DNA from: an uncultured Prochlorococcus sp.
GTDB lineage: Bacteria > Cyanobacteriota > Cyanobacteriia > PCC-6307 > Cyanobiaceae
Length of the DNA: 64,000 bases
Assembly: GCA_902520485.1 (NCBI GenBank)
Contig: CABYNZ010000003.1
Span: forward strand, 6,859-70,858
Reading direction: 5' to 3'
Every line of letters begins with the position of its first letter. Positions within the stretch are counted from its first letter, which is position 1. Shown in pieces: positions 42,370-52,705 of this stretch. Made by a program: the position numbers and the translations under genes. Below the pieces are notes generated by a model that saw only the letters and a list, made by a program, of their open reading frames with translations, was not told the origin of the DNA and made no database searches.

Positions 42370-43485
42370 ATGAGCTTCGGTAACAATCCAAACTTTGATC
42401 AATCGAGAGAAATCCTTCCAAGCCAAAACGCCAAAATAGAAGTTATTGGTGTAGGTGGTGGTGGTAGTAATGCAGTCAATAGAATGATAAATAGTGATTT
42501 AGAAGGTGTTTCATTTAGAGTCCTCAATACCGATGCACAAGCCCTACTACAATCTTCTGCAGAAAGTAGAGTTCAACTTGGACAAAACCTCACTAGAGGT
42601 TTAGGTGCAGGTGGAAATCCAAGTATTGGGCAAAAAGCAGCCGAAGAATCCAAAGAAGAGCTTCAACAAGCTTTAGAAGGATCTGATCTAGTTTTTATAG
42701 CCGCTGGAATGGGTGGAGGAACTGGTACAGGTGCTGCTCCCGTTGTTGCAGAAGTAGCCAAACAAAGTGGGGCTCTAACAGTAGGTATAGTAACCAAACC
42801 ATTTTCTTTTGAAGGGAAAAGAAGAATGCGTCAAGCAGAGGAGGGGATCGCAAGACTAGCTGAAAACGTTGATACTCTTATAGTTATTCCAAATGATCGA
42901 TTAAAAGACGTTATAGCAGGAGCTCCTCTTCAAGAAGCATTTAGGAATGCTGATGATGTTCTAAGGATGGGAGTCAAAGGCATTAGTGACATAATTACTT
43001 GCCCGGGATTAGTTAATGTTGATTTTGCAGACGTTAGATCAGTCATGACTGAGGCTGGTACTGCACTTCTCGGAATAGGTATAGGTTCAGGAAGATCGAG
43101 AGCTATAGAGGCAGCACAGGCAGCAATGAATAGTCCTTTATTAGAAGCAGCAAGAATTGATGGAGCTAAAGGCTGCGTTATAAATATTACTGGAGGCAAA
43201 GACATGACTTTAGAAGACATGACCTCTGCATCTGAAATTATTTATGATGTTGTTGATCAAGAAGCGAATATTATTGTTGGTGCAGTGGTCGATGAGGCAA
43301 TGGAAGGAGAGATACAAGTTACTGTAATTGCTACAGGATTTGAAACAACCCAACCATTAAACCAGCAAAGAATAAAAAACAGATTATCTAATCAACCCTT
43401 ATATAATTATTCTGACAATAAAGAATCAGGAGCCAGTATTCCTGAGTTTTTAAGATTAAGGCAAAATAAAAAAGATATAGGTTAA
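42370..43485 (+). CDS. ftsZ: Cell division protein FtsZ
   Basis: [25 protein letters not shown]-terminal IPEFL. Confidence 0.99.
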   Translation: MSFGNNPNFDQSREILPSQNAKIEVIGVGGGGSNAVNRMINSDLEGVSFRVLNTDAQALLQSSAESRVQLGQNLTRGLGAGGNPSIGQKAAEESKEELQQALEGSDLVFIAAGMGGGTGTGAAPVVAEVAKQSGALTVGIVTKPFSFEGKRRMRQAEEGIARLAENVDTLIVIPNDRLKDVIAGAPLQEAFRNADDVLRMGVKGISDIITCPGLVNVDFADVRSVMTEAGTALLGIGIGSGRSRAIEAAQAAMNSPLLEAARIDGAKGCVINITGGKDMTLEDMTSASEIIYDVVDQEANIIVGAVVDEAMEGEIQVTVIATGFETTQPLNQQRIKNRLSNQPLYNYSDNKESGASIPEFLRLRQNKKDIG

Positions 43486-43499
43486 AAGGTAAAATAGAG

Positions 43500-43595
43500 T
43501 GACTCGGTTATCTCGCCTGCCTCAAGCATCCCTTGTGGCTGCTACCTTCCGGTCCTGACCAGGTTTAGGCGTTAAAACCGCGAAAGGCCGAGTCA
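43500..43595 (-). ncRNA. ffs: Signal recognition particle RNA (4.5S)
   Basis: Minus strand carries the SRP core TCAGGACCGGAAGGTAGCAGC within a long hairpin closed by TGACTCGG/CCGAGTCA. Confidence 0.95.
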
Positions 43596-43600
43596 GGACA

Positions 43601-43609
43601 ATAATAGCA
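43601..43609 (-). promoter_or_regulatory. Extended -10 promoter (TGcTATTAT) of ffs
   Basis: About 5 nt upstream of the SRP RNA 5' end. Confidence 0.55.
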
Positions 43610-43641
43610 ATTCTTGATTAAAAAAGATACATAAATTTATT

Positions 43642-44415
43642 ATGTTACCTTCAGAACTAGTTAATTATAAAAAAAATTCTCGCAAAATCATTGCACTAAC
43701 TGCTTGGGACTCCATATCAGGGTCTATTGCAGAACAAGCAAATGTTGATCTCGTACTAGTGGGAGATTCATTAGCAATGGTCTGCTTAGGATACAAATCT
43801 ACATTGCCAATAACTTTAGAAAACATAATCTATCATACTAATGCTGTTTCAAGAGGATTTAAGAAAAAAATTGAGGAACAACCTCTAGTCGTTTCAGATA
43901 TGCCTTTTCTTACTTACCAATGTGGTGAGGATAAGGCTGTTGAGTATGCAGGGAAAATCATTCAGAGCACTTATGCAAAAGCCGTAAAAGTGGAGGGAGC
44001 TGAACCAGAAATACAGAAAGTTATTTCTAGATTAATAAGAATGGGAATCCCTGTTATGGGTCATATAGGTCTTACACCACAAAGCTATCTAAATATTGGA
44101 TTAAGAAAACAAGGAGAAAGCTTAGCAAGCCAAGAAAAAATTAAGAAAGAGGCTTCAATTCTTGAAGAATTAGGATGTTTTTCAATAGTTCTTGAACATA
44201 TTCCTGATTTACTTGCTAAGGAAATACAAAATTCTTTAAAAATTCCCACAATAGGTATCGGAGCAGGTAATTATTGCGATGGGCAAGTAAGGGTTACTGC
44301 AGATTTATTAGGCCTTAATGATGATCAACCCCCATTTTGCCAACCAATTATCCAAGGAAAGAAATTATTTCAGGATAAATTAAAAGAATGGGTATACTCT
44401 GAAAGACTTAGTTAA
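43642..44415 (+). CDS. panB: 3-methyl-2-oxobutanoate hydroxymethyltransferase
   Basis: LVGDSL, DMPF, VKVEG, GHIGLTPQ, IGIGAG..DGQV. Confidence 0.97.
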   Translation: MLPSELVNYKKNSRKIIALTAWDSISGSIAEQANVDLVLVGDSLAMVCLGYKSTLPITLENIIYHTNAVSRGFKKKIEEQPLVVSDMPFLTYQCGEDKAVEYAGKIIQSTYAKAVKVEGAEPEIQKVISRLIRMGIPVMGHIGLTPQSYLNIGLRKQGESLASQEKIKKEASILEELGCFSIVLEHIPDLLAKEIQNSLKIPTIGIGAGNYCDGQVRVTADLLGLNDDQPPFCQPIIQGKKLFQDKLKEWVYSERLS

Positions 44416-45631
44416 TCTTATCCCACCACTTAAACATAGAAACAATAATTTGATTACTAAGTTCCATGCCATTAGGCTCACTTAAAAAGAATCTATTCCC
44501 CTTTCTTACTAGTAGTCCACTTTCAAGAAAGCTTTCCCATTCTTCAACCAATTCACTGAAATTGCTCTTAAATTTTTTGTTTTCCCAGTTTTGTTCTTTA
44601 AACACTTCTTTGATATCTACACCCTCTTTGAGTCTTAATCCCAACATTATTTTCTCATCAAGTTCTTTATAAACAAACTCCTTATTAGTTAGGGATGCAT
44701 CTAAATTAAATTCGTCTTGTCTAGTTACCCATTCTTTATATTCTTTACTGACTCTTGGTCGAGTAAACTTTTCCCCCCAAGGTGAACTAGTGGAACCTTG
44801 GCCAAAACTCCACCAGCCTAAACCACTCCAATAAACTCTATTATGTCTCGACTGATGTCGCGGAAGGCAATAGTTTGAGATTTCATATCTTGAATACCCT
44901 GAGTTTTTTAAAATTAAATGGGTTGATTCACTATTCCTAAAAGCTTCTTCATCACTTGGGAGTTTTAATTTATCTAAATTAATTAATCTTTTAAAAACAG
45001 TGCCATTTTCAATATTTAAATCGTAAATAGATAAATGAGGTGGTGAAAATGTAATTGCTTTTTTTAGGTCATCTTGCCATTCTTTAAATCCACTTAGTGG
45101 TAAGTTTTGAATTAAGTCTAAACTCCAGCTTTTTATTAACCCGGAATCATATTCTCTCTTCAACCATAAACAAGATTTCTCTGCATCTTCTCTCAAATGA
45201 CGTCTTCCTGACTTTTGAAGTATCTGATTATTAAAACTTTGTACTCCAAGACTAAATCTATTTATCCCAGCATTTATAAATCCGAAAAGATCATCTTGAG
45301 TAAAACTTGCTGGATCAACCTCCATAGTGATTTCGGCACCATAGTCAATTCCATAATTTTCTTTAAAAAGATCAACTAATTCTTTGATTTGGGCAGGATT
45401 TAAAATTGATGGTGTACCACCTCCTATATAAATTGTCGATAGAGGTGATTTATGCTTAATTGACAATATTTCTTTATATAAAAATTTCAAATACTCTTGA
45501 ACTGTTTTGCTTCCATAACCTTTTAAAGTTTCAACTTCGTTTCCTAGTGGAATAACTGCAAAATCACAATAAAAACACCTTCTGTGGCAAAAAGGAATGT
45601 GCACATAAGCACTTCTTGGAAACTTATTCAT
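44408..45631 (-). CDS. hemW: Radical SAM heme chaperone HemW (HemN-like)
   Basis: YVHIPFC...CFYCDF, GGGTPS, YEISN, HNRVYW. Confidence 0.9.
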   Translation of the reverse strand: MNKFPRSAYVHIPFCHRRCFYCDFAVIPLGNEVETLKGYGSKTVQEYLKFLYKEILSIKHKSPLSTIYIGGGTPSILNPAQIKELVDLFKENYGIDYGAEITMEVDPASFTQDDLFGFINAGINRFSLGVQSFNNQILQKSGRRHLREDAEKSCLWLKREYDSGLIKSWSLDLIQNLPLSGFKEWQDDLKKAITFSPPHLSIYDLNIENGTVFKRLINLDKLKLPSDEEAFRNSESTHLILKNSGYSRYEISNYCLPRHQSRHNRVYWSGLGWWSFGQGSTSSPWGEKFTRPRVSKEYKEWVTRQDEFNLDASLTNKEFVYKELDEKIMLGLRLKEGVDIKEVFKEQNWENKKFKSNFSELVEEWESFLESGLLVRKGNRFFLSEPNGMELSNQIIVSMFKWWDKIN

Positions 45632-45727
45632 AATCTAAATTCATTTTTAAGCTCCAAAAAAGTATTAAGGATCGAAAAAAATAAAATCCTTATTTACTCA
45701 ATTAATAAATCCTAGTAGATTATAGAT

Positions 45728-46837
45728 ATGACAGATACCTTAGTATTAATTTTATTTGTATTGTCTGGGGCTGCTTCAGGGTGGCTTGGTGTTGATTTAT
45801 TGCCAGTAGATATACTCAAACAGGTATCTAATGTAGAAGGTTTTAGAATTGTCTTAGCAATAATTGGTTTTTTTGTAGGATTAGCAGCTGGTTTTGTATT
45901 TCTTCAACTTAGAAAGACTTTTCTTGATCAAATAAGAACAATGCCTACGGACTTACTAATAAGTAGGTCAGTTGGATTAATTTTAGGATTACTTGTTGCG
46001 AATCTCCTACTAGCTCCAATACTATTAATTCCCTTCCCAAGAGAGGTTTTTTTCGCAAAACCTTTAGCAGCTATATTAAGCAACATTTTCTTTGGTGTGC
46101 TTGGTTATAAGTTAGCAGATACTCACGGAAGGACATTATTAAGATTATTCAATCCAAATAATACTGATGCATATCTAGTCAATGAAGGAATTCTCCCTGC
46201 TGCAAGTCCAAAAATTCTAGATACTAGCGTAATTATTGATGGAAGAATCAATGGTCTATTAAGTTGCGGCTTACTGGAAGGGCAATTAATTGTTGCTCAA
46301 AGTGTAATTGATGAATTACAAACTTTAGCTGACTCAAGCAGTAATGAAAAAAGGTCGAAAGGCAGAAGAGGTCTTAAGTTATTAAAAGAATTAAGAGATT
46401 TATATGGGAGAAGACTTGTAATAAACCCAACAAAGTATGAAGGTAATGGGGTAGATGAAAAACTCCTTAAAATTACTGAGGATATGACAGGGACTTTAAT
46501 TACGGCTGATTATAATCTTTCTCAGATCGCTGAAGTTAAAGAATTAAAAGTTATGAATTTGAGTGATTTGGTTATTGCTTTAAGGCCAGAAGTACAACCA
46601 GGGGAGTCACTTAATATAAAAATCGTAAGAGAAGGCAAAGAAAAAATGCAAGGTATTGGATATTTAGATGACGGCACAATGGTTGTTATTGATGAGGCCA
46701 AGAATTTTGTTGGAAGCAGATTAGATATTATTATCACAGGGGCATTACAAACTCCTACTGGAAGAATGGTCTTTGGAAAACTTATAAATAATCCTGAGTC
46801 AAACAAATCTTTTAAATCACCAGCGACACAGGGCTAA
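45728..46837 (+). CDS. Membrane PIN/TRAM domain protein (YacL-like)
   Basis: N-terminal TMs, ILDTSVIIDGRI PIN domain, GIGYLDDGTMVV TRAM domain. Confidence 0.92.
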   Translation: MTDTLVLILFVLSGAASGWLGVDLLPVDILKQVSNVEGFRIVLAIIGFFVGLAAGFVFLQLRKTFLDQIRTMPTDLLISRSVGLILGLLVANLLLAPILLIPFPREVFFAKPLAAILSNIFFGVLGYKLADTHGRTLLRLFNPNNTDAYLVNEGILPAASPKILDTSVIIDGRINGLLSCGLLEGQLIVAQSVIDELQTLADSSSNEKRSKGRRGLKLLKELRDLYGRRLVINPTKYEGNGVDEKLLKITEDMTGTLITADYNLSQIAEVKELKVMNLSDLVIALRPEVQPGESLNIKIVREGKEKMQGIGYLDDGTMVVIDEAKNFVGSRLDIIITGALQTPTGRMVFGKLINNPESNKSFKSPATQG

Positions 46838-46877
46838 ATCTAGCTAGAATCAGTTCAATCTTAATTTTGTGATACAA

Positions 46878-47540
46878 ATGACTGTATCTGCTCCTTATTA
46901 CGGCGAAAACACCGTTATGAGGACCCCGCCCCCAGATCTCCCCTCTCTTTTACTGAAAGAACGAATTGTTTATCTTGGTTTACCATTATTTTCAGATGAT
47001 GATGCGAAAAGACAACTAGGAATGGATGTTACTGAGCTAATAATTGCTCAACTTCTTTATCTAGAGTTTGAGGATCCAGAAAAACCAATCTATTTCTACA
47101 TCAATTCAACAGGAACAAGTTGGTACACGGGTGATGCCGTTGGTTTTGAAACAGAAGCTTTCGCTATCTGCGATACAATAAGCTATATCAAGCCTCCAGT
47201 GCACACAATATGTATCGGACAAGCAATGGGGACTGCTGCAGTTATCCTTTCATCAGGCACTAAGGGACAAAGGGCGGCTCTTCCACATGCTTCTATTGTT
47301 TTACATCAACCTATAAGCGGAGCAAGAGGTCAAGCAACCGATATCCAAATAAGAGCTGAGGAAGTTTTGAAAAATAAAAAATCAATGCTGGAAATTCTAT
47401 CTCGTAATACTGGAAAGACTATCGAAGAACTCTCAAAAGACTCTGACAGGATGAGTTATCTCAACCCCCAAGAAGCCCTAGATTATGGAGTTATTGATAG
47501 AATACTCACAAGTCAAAAAGATTTACCAAATAAAATTTAA
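46878..47540 (+). CDS. clpR: Non-catalytic Clp protease subunit ClpR
   Basis: PPPDLPSLLLKERIVYLG; catalytic Ser replaced (GQAMGT); directly upstream of clpP. Confidence 0.88.
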   Translation: MTVSAPYYGENTVMRTPPPDLPSLLLKERIVYLGLPLFSDDDAKRQLGMDVTELIIAQLLYLEFEDPEKPIYFYINSTGTSWYTGDAVGFETEAFAICDTISYIKPPVHTICIGQAMGTAAVILSSGTKGQRAALPHASIVLHQPISGARGQATDIQIRAEEVLKNKKSMLEILSRNTGKTIEELSKDSDRMSYLNPQEALDYGVIDRILTSQKDLPNKI

Positions 47541-47564
47541 CCTTCACAAAACTTTTTTAAAATC

Positions 47565-48176
47565 ATGCCAATAGGAACTCCAAGCGTGCCTTACAGACTT
47601 CCAGGAAGTCAATACGAAAGGTGGGTTGATATATATACCAGACTAGGTGTTGAAAGAATTCTTTTCCTAGGACAGGAAGTGAATGATGGTATTGCTAATA
47701 GCCTTGTTGCGCAAATGCTTTATCTAGATTCTGATGATAATTCCAAGCCTATCTATCTATACATAAACAGTCCAGGAGGATCAGTTACTGCTGGCTTGGC
47801 TATATATGACACTATCAAATACGTAAAAAGTGATGTAGTAACAATCTGCGTAGGCCTCGCAGCCTCAATGGGAGCGTTCCTACTGGCTGCCGGGACAAAA
47901 GGTAAAAGAGTTGCTTTGCCTCATAGCAGAATAATGATTCATCAACCTCTAGGAGGAACTTCTCAACGTCAAGCAAGTGATATTGAAATTGAAGCTAAAG
48001 AAATTTTAAGAATTAAAGATATGTTAAATATGTCTATGGCAGATATGACAGGCCAATCATTTGAGAAAATTGAAAAGGATACTGATAGAGATTATTTTCT
48101 AAGTGCGGAAGAAGCAAAAAACTATGGCTTAATTGATAGAGTAATCACACATCCAAGCGAAGCAAATCAGTCTTAA
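47565..48176 (+). CDS. clpP: ATP-dependent Clp protease proteolytic subunit (ClpP3 type)
   Basis: YINSPGG, GLAASMG, MIHQP, DRD catalytic triad intact. Confidence 0.97.
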   Translation: MPIGTPSVPYRLPGSQYERWVDIYTRLGVERILFLGQEVNDGIANSLVAQMLYLDSDDNSKPIYLYINSPGGSVTAGLAIYDTIKYVKSDVVTICVGLAASMGAFLLAAGTKGKRVALPHSRIMIHQPLGGTSQRQASDIEIEAKEILRIKDMLNMSMADMTGQSFEKIEKDTDRDYFLSAEEAKNYGLIDRVITHPSEANQS

Positions 48177-48286
48177 ATTTTCTAAATAAATATTTTAATT
48201 TTAATTTTTAAATTAATAATTTTTTGGTTTATTTACACCTTTAATGTCTAAAATATTAATTATCAAATGCAAAGAAGCTACAACTA

Positions 48287-49276
48287 ATGACCCAACTCTT
48301 TTACGACACAGATGCAGACCTAAGTCTATTAAATGATAAAACAATAGCGATTATTGGATATGGTTCACAAGGTCATGCACATGCCCTAAATCTTAAAGAT
48401 AGCGGTATGGATGTAATTGTTGGATTATATAAGGGAAGTAAGTCTGAAAGCAAAGCCATTAGCGATGGCCTTCAAGTATTTAGCGTTTCTGAAGCTTGCG
48501 AAAAAGCAGACTGGATTATGATTCTCCTCCCAGATGAGTTTCAGAAAGATGTTTACCTTAAAGAAATAGAACCAAACTTAAAAGAAGGAAAAATATTAAG
48601 TTTTGCTCATGGCTTCAATATAAGATTCGGGCTTATCAAACCTCCTAGTTTTGTGGATGTTGTAATGATTGCCCCAAAAGGACCTGGACATACTGTTCGT
48701 TGGGAATATCAGAATGGTCAAGGAGTTCCAGCATTGTTTGCAGTAGAACAGGATTCTTCCGGAAATGCAAGATCATTGGCTATGGCTTACGCTAAAGGGA
48801 TTGGCGGAACGAGAGCAGGGGTTCTTGAAACAAACTTCAAAGAAGAAACAGAAACTGATTTATTTGGAGAACAAGCGGTTTTGTGCGGAGGATTATCAGA
48901 ACTGGTCAAATCAGGCTTCGAAACTCTTGTAGAGGCAGGCTATCAGCCCGAACTTGCTTACTTCGAATGCTTGCATGAAGTTAAACTTATTGTTGATTTA
49001 ATGGTGAAGGGAGGCTTATCTCAAATGAGAGATTCCATTTCAAATACTGCAGAATATGGAGATTATGTAAGTGGTAAAAGACTTATCAATAGTGATACAA
49101 AGAAAGAAATGCAGAAAATTCTAAAAGATATACAAGATGGAACTTTCGCCAAGAATTTTGTGGAAGAATGCGATAAAAACAAACCCTTAATGACAAAATT
49201 AAGAGAAGAGAACTCTAAACATGAAATTGAGAAAGTGGGTAAAGGGCTGCGCTCGATGTTCAGTTGGCTGAAATAA
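48287..49276 (+). CDS. ilvC: Ketol-acid reductoisomerase
   Basis: [32 protein letters not shown]. Confidence 0.99.
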   Translation: MTQLFYDTDADLSLLNDKTIAIIGYGSQGHAHALNLKDSGMDVIVGLYKGSKSESKAISDGLQVFSVSEACEKADWIMILLPDEFQKDVYLKEIEPNLKEGKILSFAHGFNIRFGLIKPPSFVDVVMIAPKGPGHTVRWEYQNGQGVPALFAVEQDSSGNARSLAMAYAKGIGGTRAGVLETNFKEETETDLFGEQAVLCGGLSELVKSGFETLVEAGYQPELAYFECLHEVKLIVDLMVKGGLSQMRDSISNTAEYGDYVSGKRLINSDTKKEMQKILKDIQDGTFAKNFVEECDKNKPLMTKLREENSKHEIEKVGKGLRSMFSWLK

Positions 49277-50289
49277 ATTTATTTTTAATTTTCCTTGGAT
49301 CGATTGGTTTTGATTTATTGATAGGCGATCCAAGATTTTTAATCCACCCTGTTCAAGTAATTGGCGTTTATATAAAAAAAATATCTGATTACCTAATAAA
49401 TAATTTTGGAGAAAATAAAAATATATTGTTTTGGGGTGGTTTCTTCATCGCTATATCCACTATTGGAATGAGTTTTGGTTTAGGGAAATTTATAGAACTA
49501 AGTTATGTGCAATCGAGAAATCATTTTTTTGTTGGATTGTTAATTTTTTTTGGGCTTTCAAGTTGTATTGCGACTAAGGGACTTATTTCAAGTGTGAAAG
49601 AGATTACAGAGCTAATAGAACGCAAGGAAATTAATAACCAAAATAAGAAAATAATCAGAGAGAAGGTACAAAGAATAGTAAGTAGGGATGTAAAGTCATC
49701 TTCTATAAACCATCTCTTGAGATCAAGTACCGAAAGTCTTACTGAAAATTCTGTTGATGGAATATTTGGACCATTATTTTGGATTTTTATTGGAATTATT
49801 TTTATGAAGTATTCAATTTTTCTACCAGGACCTTTATCACTTGGTTTTGCTTATAAAGCCATTAGTACTTTAGATTCAATGATAGGTTACAAATATGATT
49901 ATTTTAGATATTTAGGTTTTTTCAGCGCAAAAATCGAAGATATTTTTACATTTGTTCCTTCAAGATTAGTTTTAATCACTTTACCTTTAGTTAGCTCCAA
50001 AGTTAATGAGTATGGATCAATAATAAAAAAAAGTTATCTTGATGGTAAAAAATATGATTCGCCTAATGCTGGGATTTCAGAAGCTATATTTGCTTATATT
50101 TCCGGTATTAAATTGGGAGGTAAAAGTAAATATAAAAATGAAATTATTGAAAAGCCAATAATTAATGAGACTGGAGATAATTGCAGTGAAGAAAAAATCA
50201 AATTAATTTGTAAATTAATTACGAAATTACAATTTTTATGGATAATAATTTTTGCCTTCATTTTTTTTATAATATCGAGTTTAATTTGA
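49264..50289 (+). CDS. cbiB: Adenosylcobinamide-phosphate synthase CbiB/CobD
   Basis: GDP...[28 protein letters not shown]. Confidence 0.94.
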   Translation: MAEINLFLIFLGSIGFDLLIGDPRFLIHPVQVIGVYIKKISDYLINNFGENKNILFWGGFFIAISTIGMSFGLGKFIELSYVQSRNHFFVGLLIFFGLSSCIATKGLISSVKEITELIERKEINNQNKKIIREKVQRIVSRDVKSSSINHLLRSSTESLTENSVDGIFGPLFWIFIGIIFMKYSIFLPGPLSLGFAYKAISTLDSMIGYKYDYFRYLGFFSAKIEDIFTFVPSRLVLITLPLVSSKVNEYGSIIKKSYLDGKKYDSPNAGISEAIFAYISGIKLGGKSKYKNEIIEKPIINETGDNCSEEKIKLICKLITKLQFLWIIIFAFIFFIISSLI

Positions 50290-50332
50290 TAATAAATTAG
50301 TCTAAAAATTATTAGAATAAATCAAAAAATCA

Positions 50333-50578
50333 ATGCAAGAAAACGGCTCTCCAATGGAAAATCAAAAAGATGGTATTAGTAATACATCATCAAGTGATAA
50401 TGAATACTCAAAATGGGTAGACAATCAGGGGGATGAAGTTAAGAATGTTTTTGGATTCAATAGCAGTGCTGAGCTTGTAAATGGTAGAGCAGCTATGATT
50501 GGATTCTTAATGCTTATATTAACCGAGTTGGTTTTTAGCGGCAGGCCTGTGACTTCTTCAATTTTTGGTATCAATTAA
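50333..50578 (+). CDS. hli: High-light-inducible protein (Hli/CAB-ELIP family)
   Basis: FGFN..AELVNGRAAMIGF chlorophyll-binding motif. Confidence 0.93.
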   Translation: MQENGSPMENQKDGISNTSSSDNEYSKWVDNQGDEVKNVFGFNSSAELVNGRAAMIGFLMLILTELVFSGRPVTSSIFGIN

Positions 50579-50580
50579 AA

Positions 50581-50793
50581 ATGGAAGAAAAAAAATCTAA
50601 TCCAATAAAAGCAATCCTATACATATCTGTGTGGGTAATAATTTGGGGAACGTTAGGCTCTTTCATTGATTATCCTCTTTATAAAAATAAAATTTACTTA
50701 GAAGGAAGCATATATCAGTATCTTACTTTCGCAATTACAGCAATAATCTCAATAATAAGTGGAAAGTTTTTTTATAAAAAATTTGATTTATAA
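50581..50793 (+). CDS. Small two-TM hypothetical protein
   Basis: ATG 2 nt after the hli stop; two hydrophobic helices. Confidence 0.7.
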   Translation: MEEKKSNPIKAILYISVWVIIWGTLGSFIDYPLYKNKIYLEGSIYQYLTFAITAIISIISGKFFYKKFDL

Positions 50794-51045
50794 AAATTTG
50801 TACCTAAATTTCTTAATAATTTTAGCTGGTTCTTTTTTGTCATTTGACTCGTACAGTATCCACTGATGTGTCTCAGTATCATGATCGCAACCATAATTTC
50901 CAGATATGTTATCGTAACTTGAAAGATATGAATGACAATTCTGATCTGCCTCAAAAGCTGAGTCATAACCTGTTAGAAAATATATCAAAAACAGAAGGAT
51001 AACTAACAAAAAAAATACTTGAAAAACTAAATTTACTACCTTCAT
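50788..51045 (-). CDS. Small membrane-anchored hypothetical protein
   Basis: N-terminal TM, then YDSAFEADQNCH...GCDHDTETHQWILY. Confidence 0.72.
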   Translation of the reverse strand: MKVVNLVFQVFFLLVILLFLIYFLTGYDSAFEADQNCHSYLSSYDNISGNYGCDHDTETHQWILYESNDKKEPAKIIKKFRYKFL

Positions 51046-51102
51046 AAGAATTTCTAAAGTTTTAATATATCATTTAAAAAAATTTTTTCGATCCCAAAAT
51101 AT

Positions 51103-51348
51103 TTAACGGCCAACATTAAAAACAAAGTCATGGAATTCTTGATTCTTTAAATAAAGGATGACTAGCAATATTAAAATCACATTTAAGCCTAATACTATTG
51201 ATCCAAAAATATTTATTTGTTTTTTACCTGGCAAAGTGTACGTAAATTTTTTTCCTTCAAGAAAAGCTGCTAAGCCTTTTTTTTCTTTTTTTGATTCTTT
51301 TATTACAGCATCATTTTTAACTTCATTATCAGAGAAACCTTTTACCAT
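51103..51348 (-). CDS. Small hypothetical protein with C-terminal TM
   Basis: MVKGFS start, one TM. Confidence 0.68.
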   Translation of the reverse strand: MVKGFSDNEVKNDAVIKESKKEKKGLAAFLEGKKFTYTLPGKKQINIFGSIVLGLNVILILLVILYLKNQEFHDFVFNVGR

Positions 51349-51402
51349 TAAAACTTAAAATCCAAATTTATAATATTCCAAAAAAATAAATTTTTTTAAT
51401 AA

Positions 51403-51714
51403 TTAACAATTTTTAATCACATATGGGATCGTAAATGAAATTCTTTCATTTGAGAAATTTTTTAAAAAATGAGCTTCAATAATTGCCGACTGAATCCCCA
51501 ATAAACTTGATTGACATTTGAATCTATTTTGGTCAAATACAAGTAATTGAAGTTTTTCTATGTCGAAAACTAACTCTTTACAAACTTGGGCTTGAGAATC
51601 CTTAATACAATAACTTGCGTTTTTTAAAATCTTGGATTTTGTTGGTATTGTTTCTGCCATAACAAAATTAGATAACAACAAAAATTTTAGTAATAAAAAA
51701 GTTAAATATTTCAT
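51403..51714 (-). CDS. Small exported hypothetical protein with four Cys
   Basis: Signal peptide (...VMA-E), four Cys including the C-terminal residue. Confidence 0.68.
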   Translation of the reverse strand: MKYLTFLLLKFLLLSNFVMAETIPTKSKILKNASYCIKDSQAQVCKELVFDIEKLQLLVFDQNRFKCQSSLLGIQSAIIEAHFLKNFSNERISFTIPYVIKNC

Positions 51715-51852
51715 TACTTCCTAAGACTTCAAAATTTGAGATACCTTATTAATAGTTTTGATCATTTAGCTATTTCCATTTTATTGAAATTTAAAAAAAA
51801 AGATGCTCTAAAAGAGCACCTTGCCATTAAAAGAAGAAATAGATTTAAAAGA

Positions 51853-52128
51853 TTACCCTTGAACTCTATCCTTAAAAAGTTTACCTGCAGAAAATGTTGG
51901 AACTCTTTTAGCAGGTATTGCTATTTTTTCGCCTGTCTTAGGGTTTAATCCCTGTCTTGCAGAACGATCTCTTGGCTCGAAAGAACCAAATCCTAGTAAG
52001 GAGACTTTTTTGCCTTCCACTACTGAGTCAACAATAGTTTCAATAGCTGCATCAACAACTAAAGAAACATCAGTTTTTGTGAGCTCTGTACGAGCAGCAA
52101 CAAGGTTTACTAAATCAGCTTTGTTCAT
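51853..52128 (-). CDS. hup: DNA-binding protein HU
   Basis: MNKADLV, GFGSFE, GLNPKTGE..IPA..VP.F..GK; ATG at 52128. Confidence 0.98.
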   Translation of the reverse strand: MNKADLVNLVAARTELTKTDVSLVVDAAIETIVDSVVEGKKVSLLGFGSFEPRDRSARQGLNPKTGEKIAIPAKRVPTFSAGKLFKDRVQG

Positions 52129-52705
52129 TGAATTGTTTATAAAGCAGAGATTTAAAGACAAGTGTTTTAAGCAAGCCTAAAAACCTCGAACTTGCATATC
52201 ATATGGAGCAAATACAAATACGGCAACCGAAAATGCCGGTGGCGCAAAGCTTTATACAAATCTTAGGGACATTTTTAGCTCCATTATTTATTTTTATAGC
52301 CTCACTTTTTTGTTATGAATAATTAGCCTCTTTATCTATAAAACAGCCAAAACCATTGGCAGCACTTGATTTATTCTTAAAAAATCCAACTTCATTTATC
52401 AGAAAAGAAATGTCAAAGATAAATAAAGTTAAGAATTTGAGCCATTTATTATGTTTTATTAATTTTCAGATATATTTCCTTCTCATCACATGAAAAAACA
52501 TAATTTGTATTTTGAAATCAAGAAAAATCTGTTTTTCTCACAATTAAGCTTTCTCTCTAAATCTTTTTATGCATTAAGAAAATGGACAGACAAATTGTAA
52601 GTAATTTGGAAATTAATAATCTCAAAATCAAATAAAGTTGATTAGTGAAACCTGAAATTTTAGTTTTTTTCTTAATTTTGTATCTATTATTCTAATATCA
52701 GTAAT

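Noticed and set aside
46878-47540. Degenerate or pseudogene clpP
   Set aside because: Loss of the catalytic Ser is the normal ClpR state in cyanobacteria
51736-51948. 70-aa ORF on the + strand
   Set aside because: Overlaps hup in antisense, TTG start, AT-driven composition
52129-52161. N-terminal extension of HU given in the ORF track
   Set aside because: Canonical HU begins MNKADL at ATG 52128
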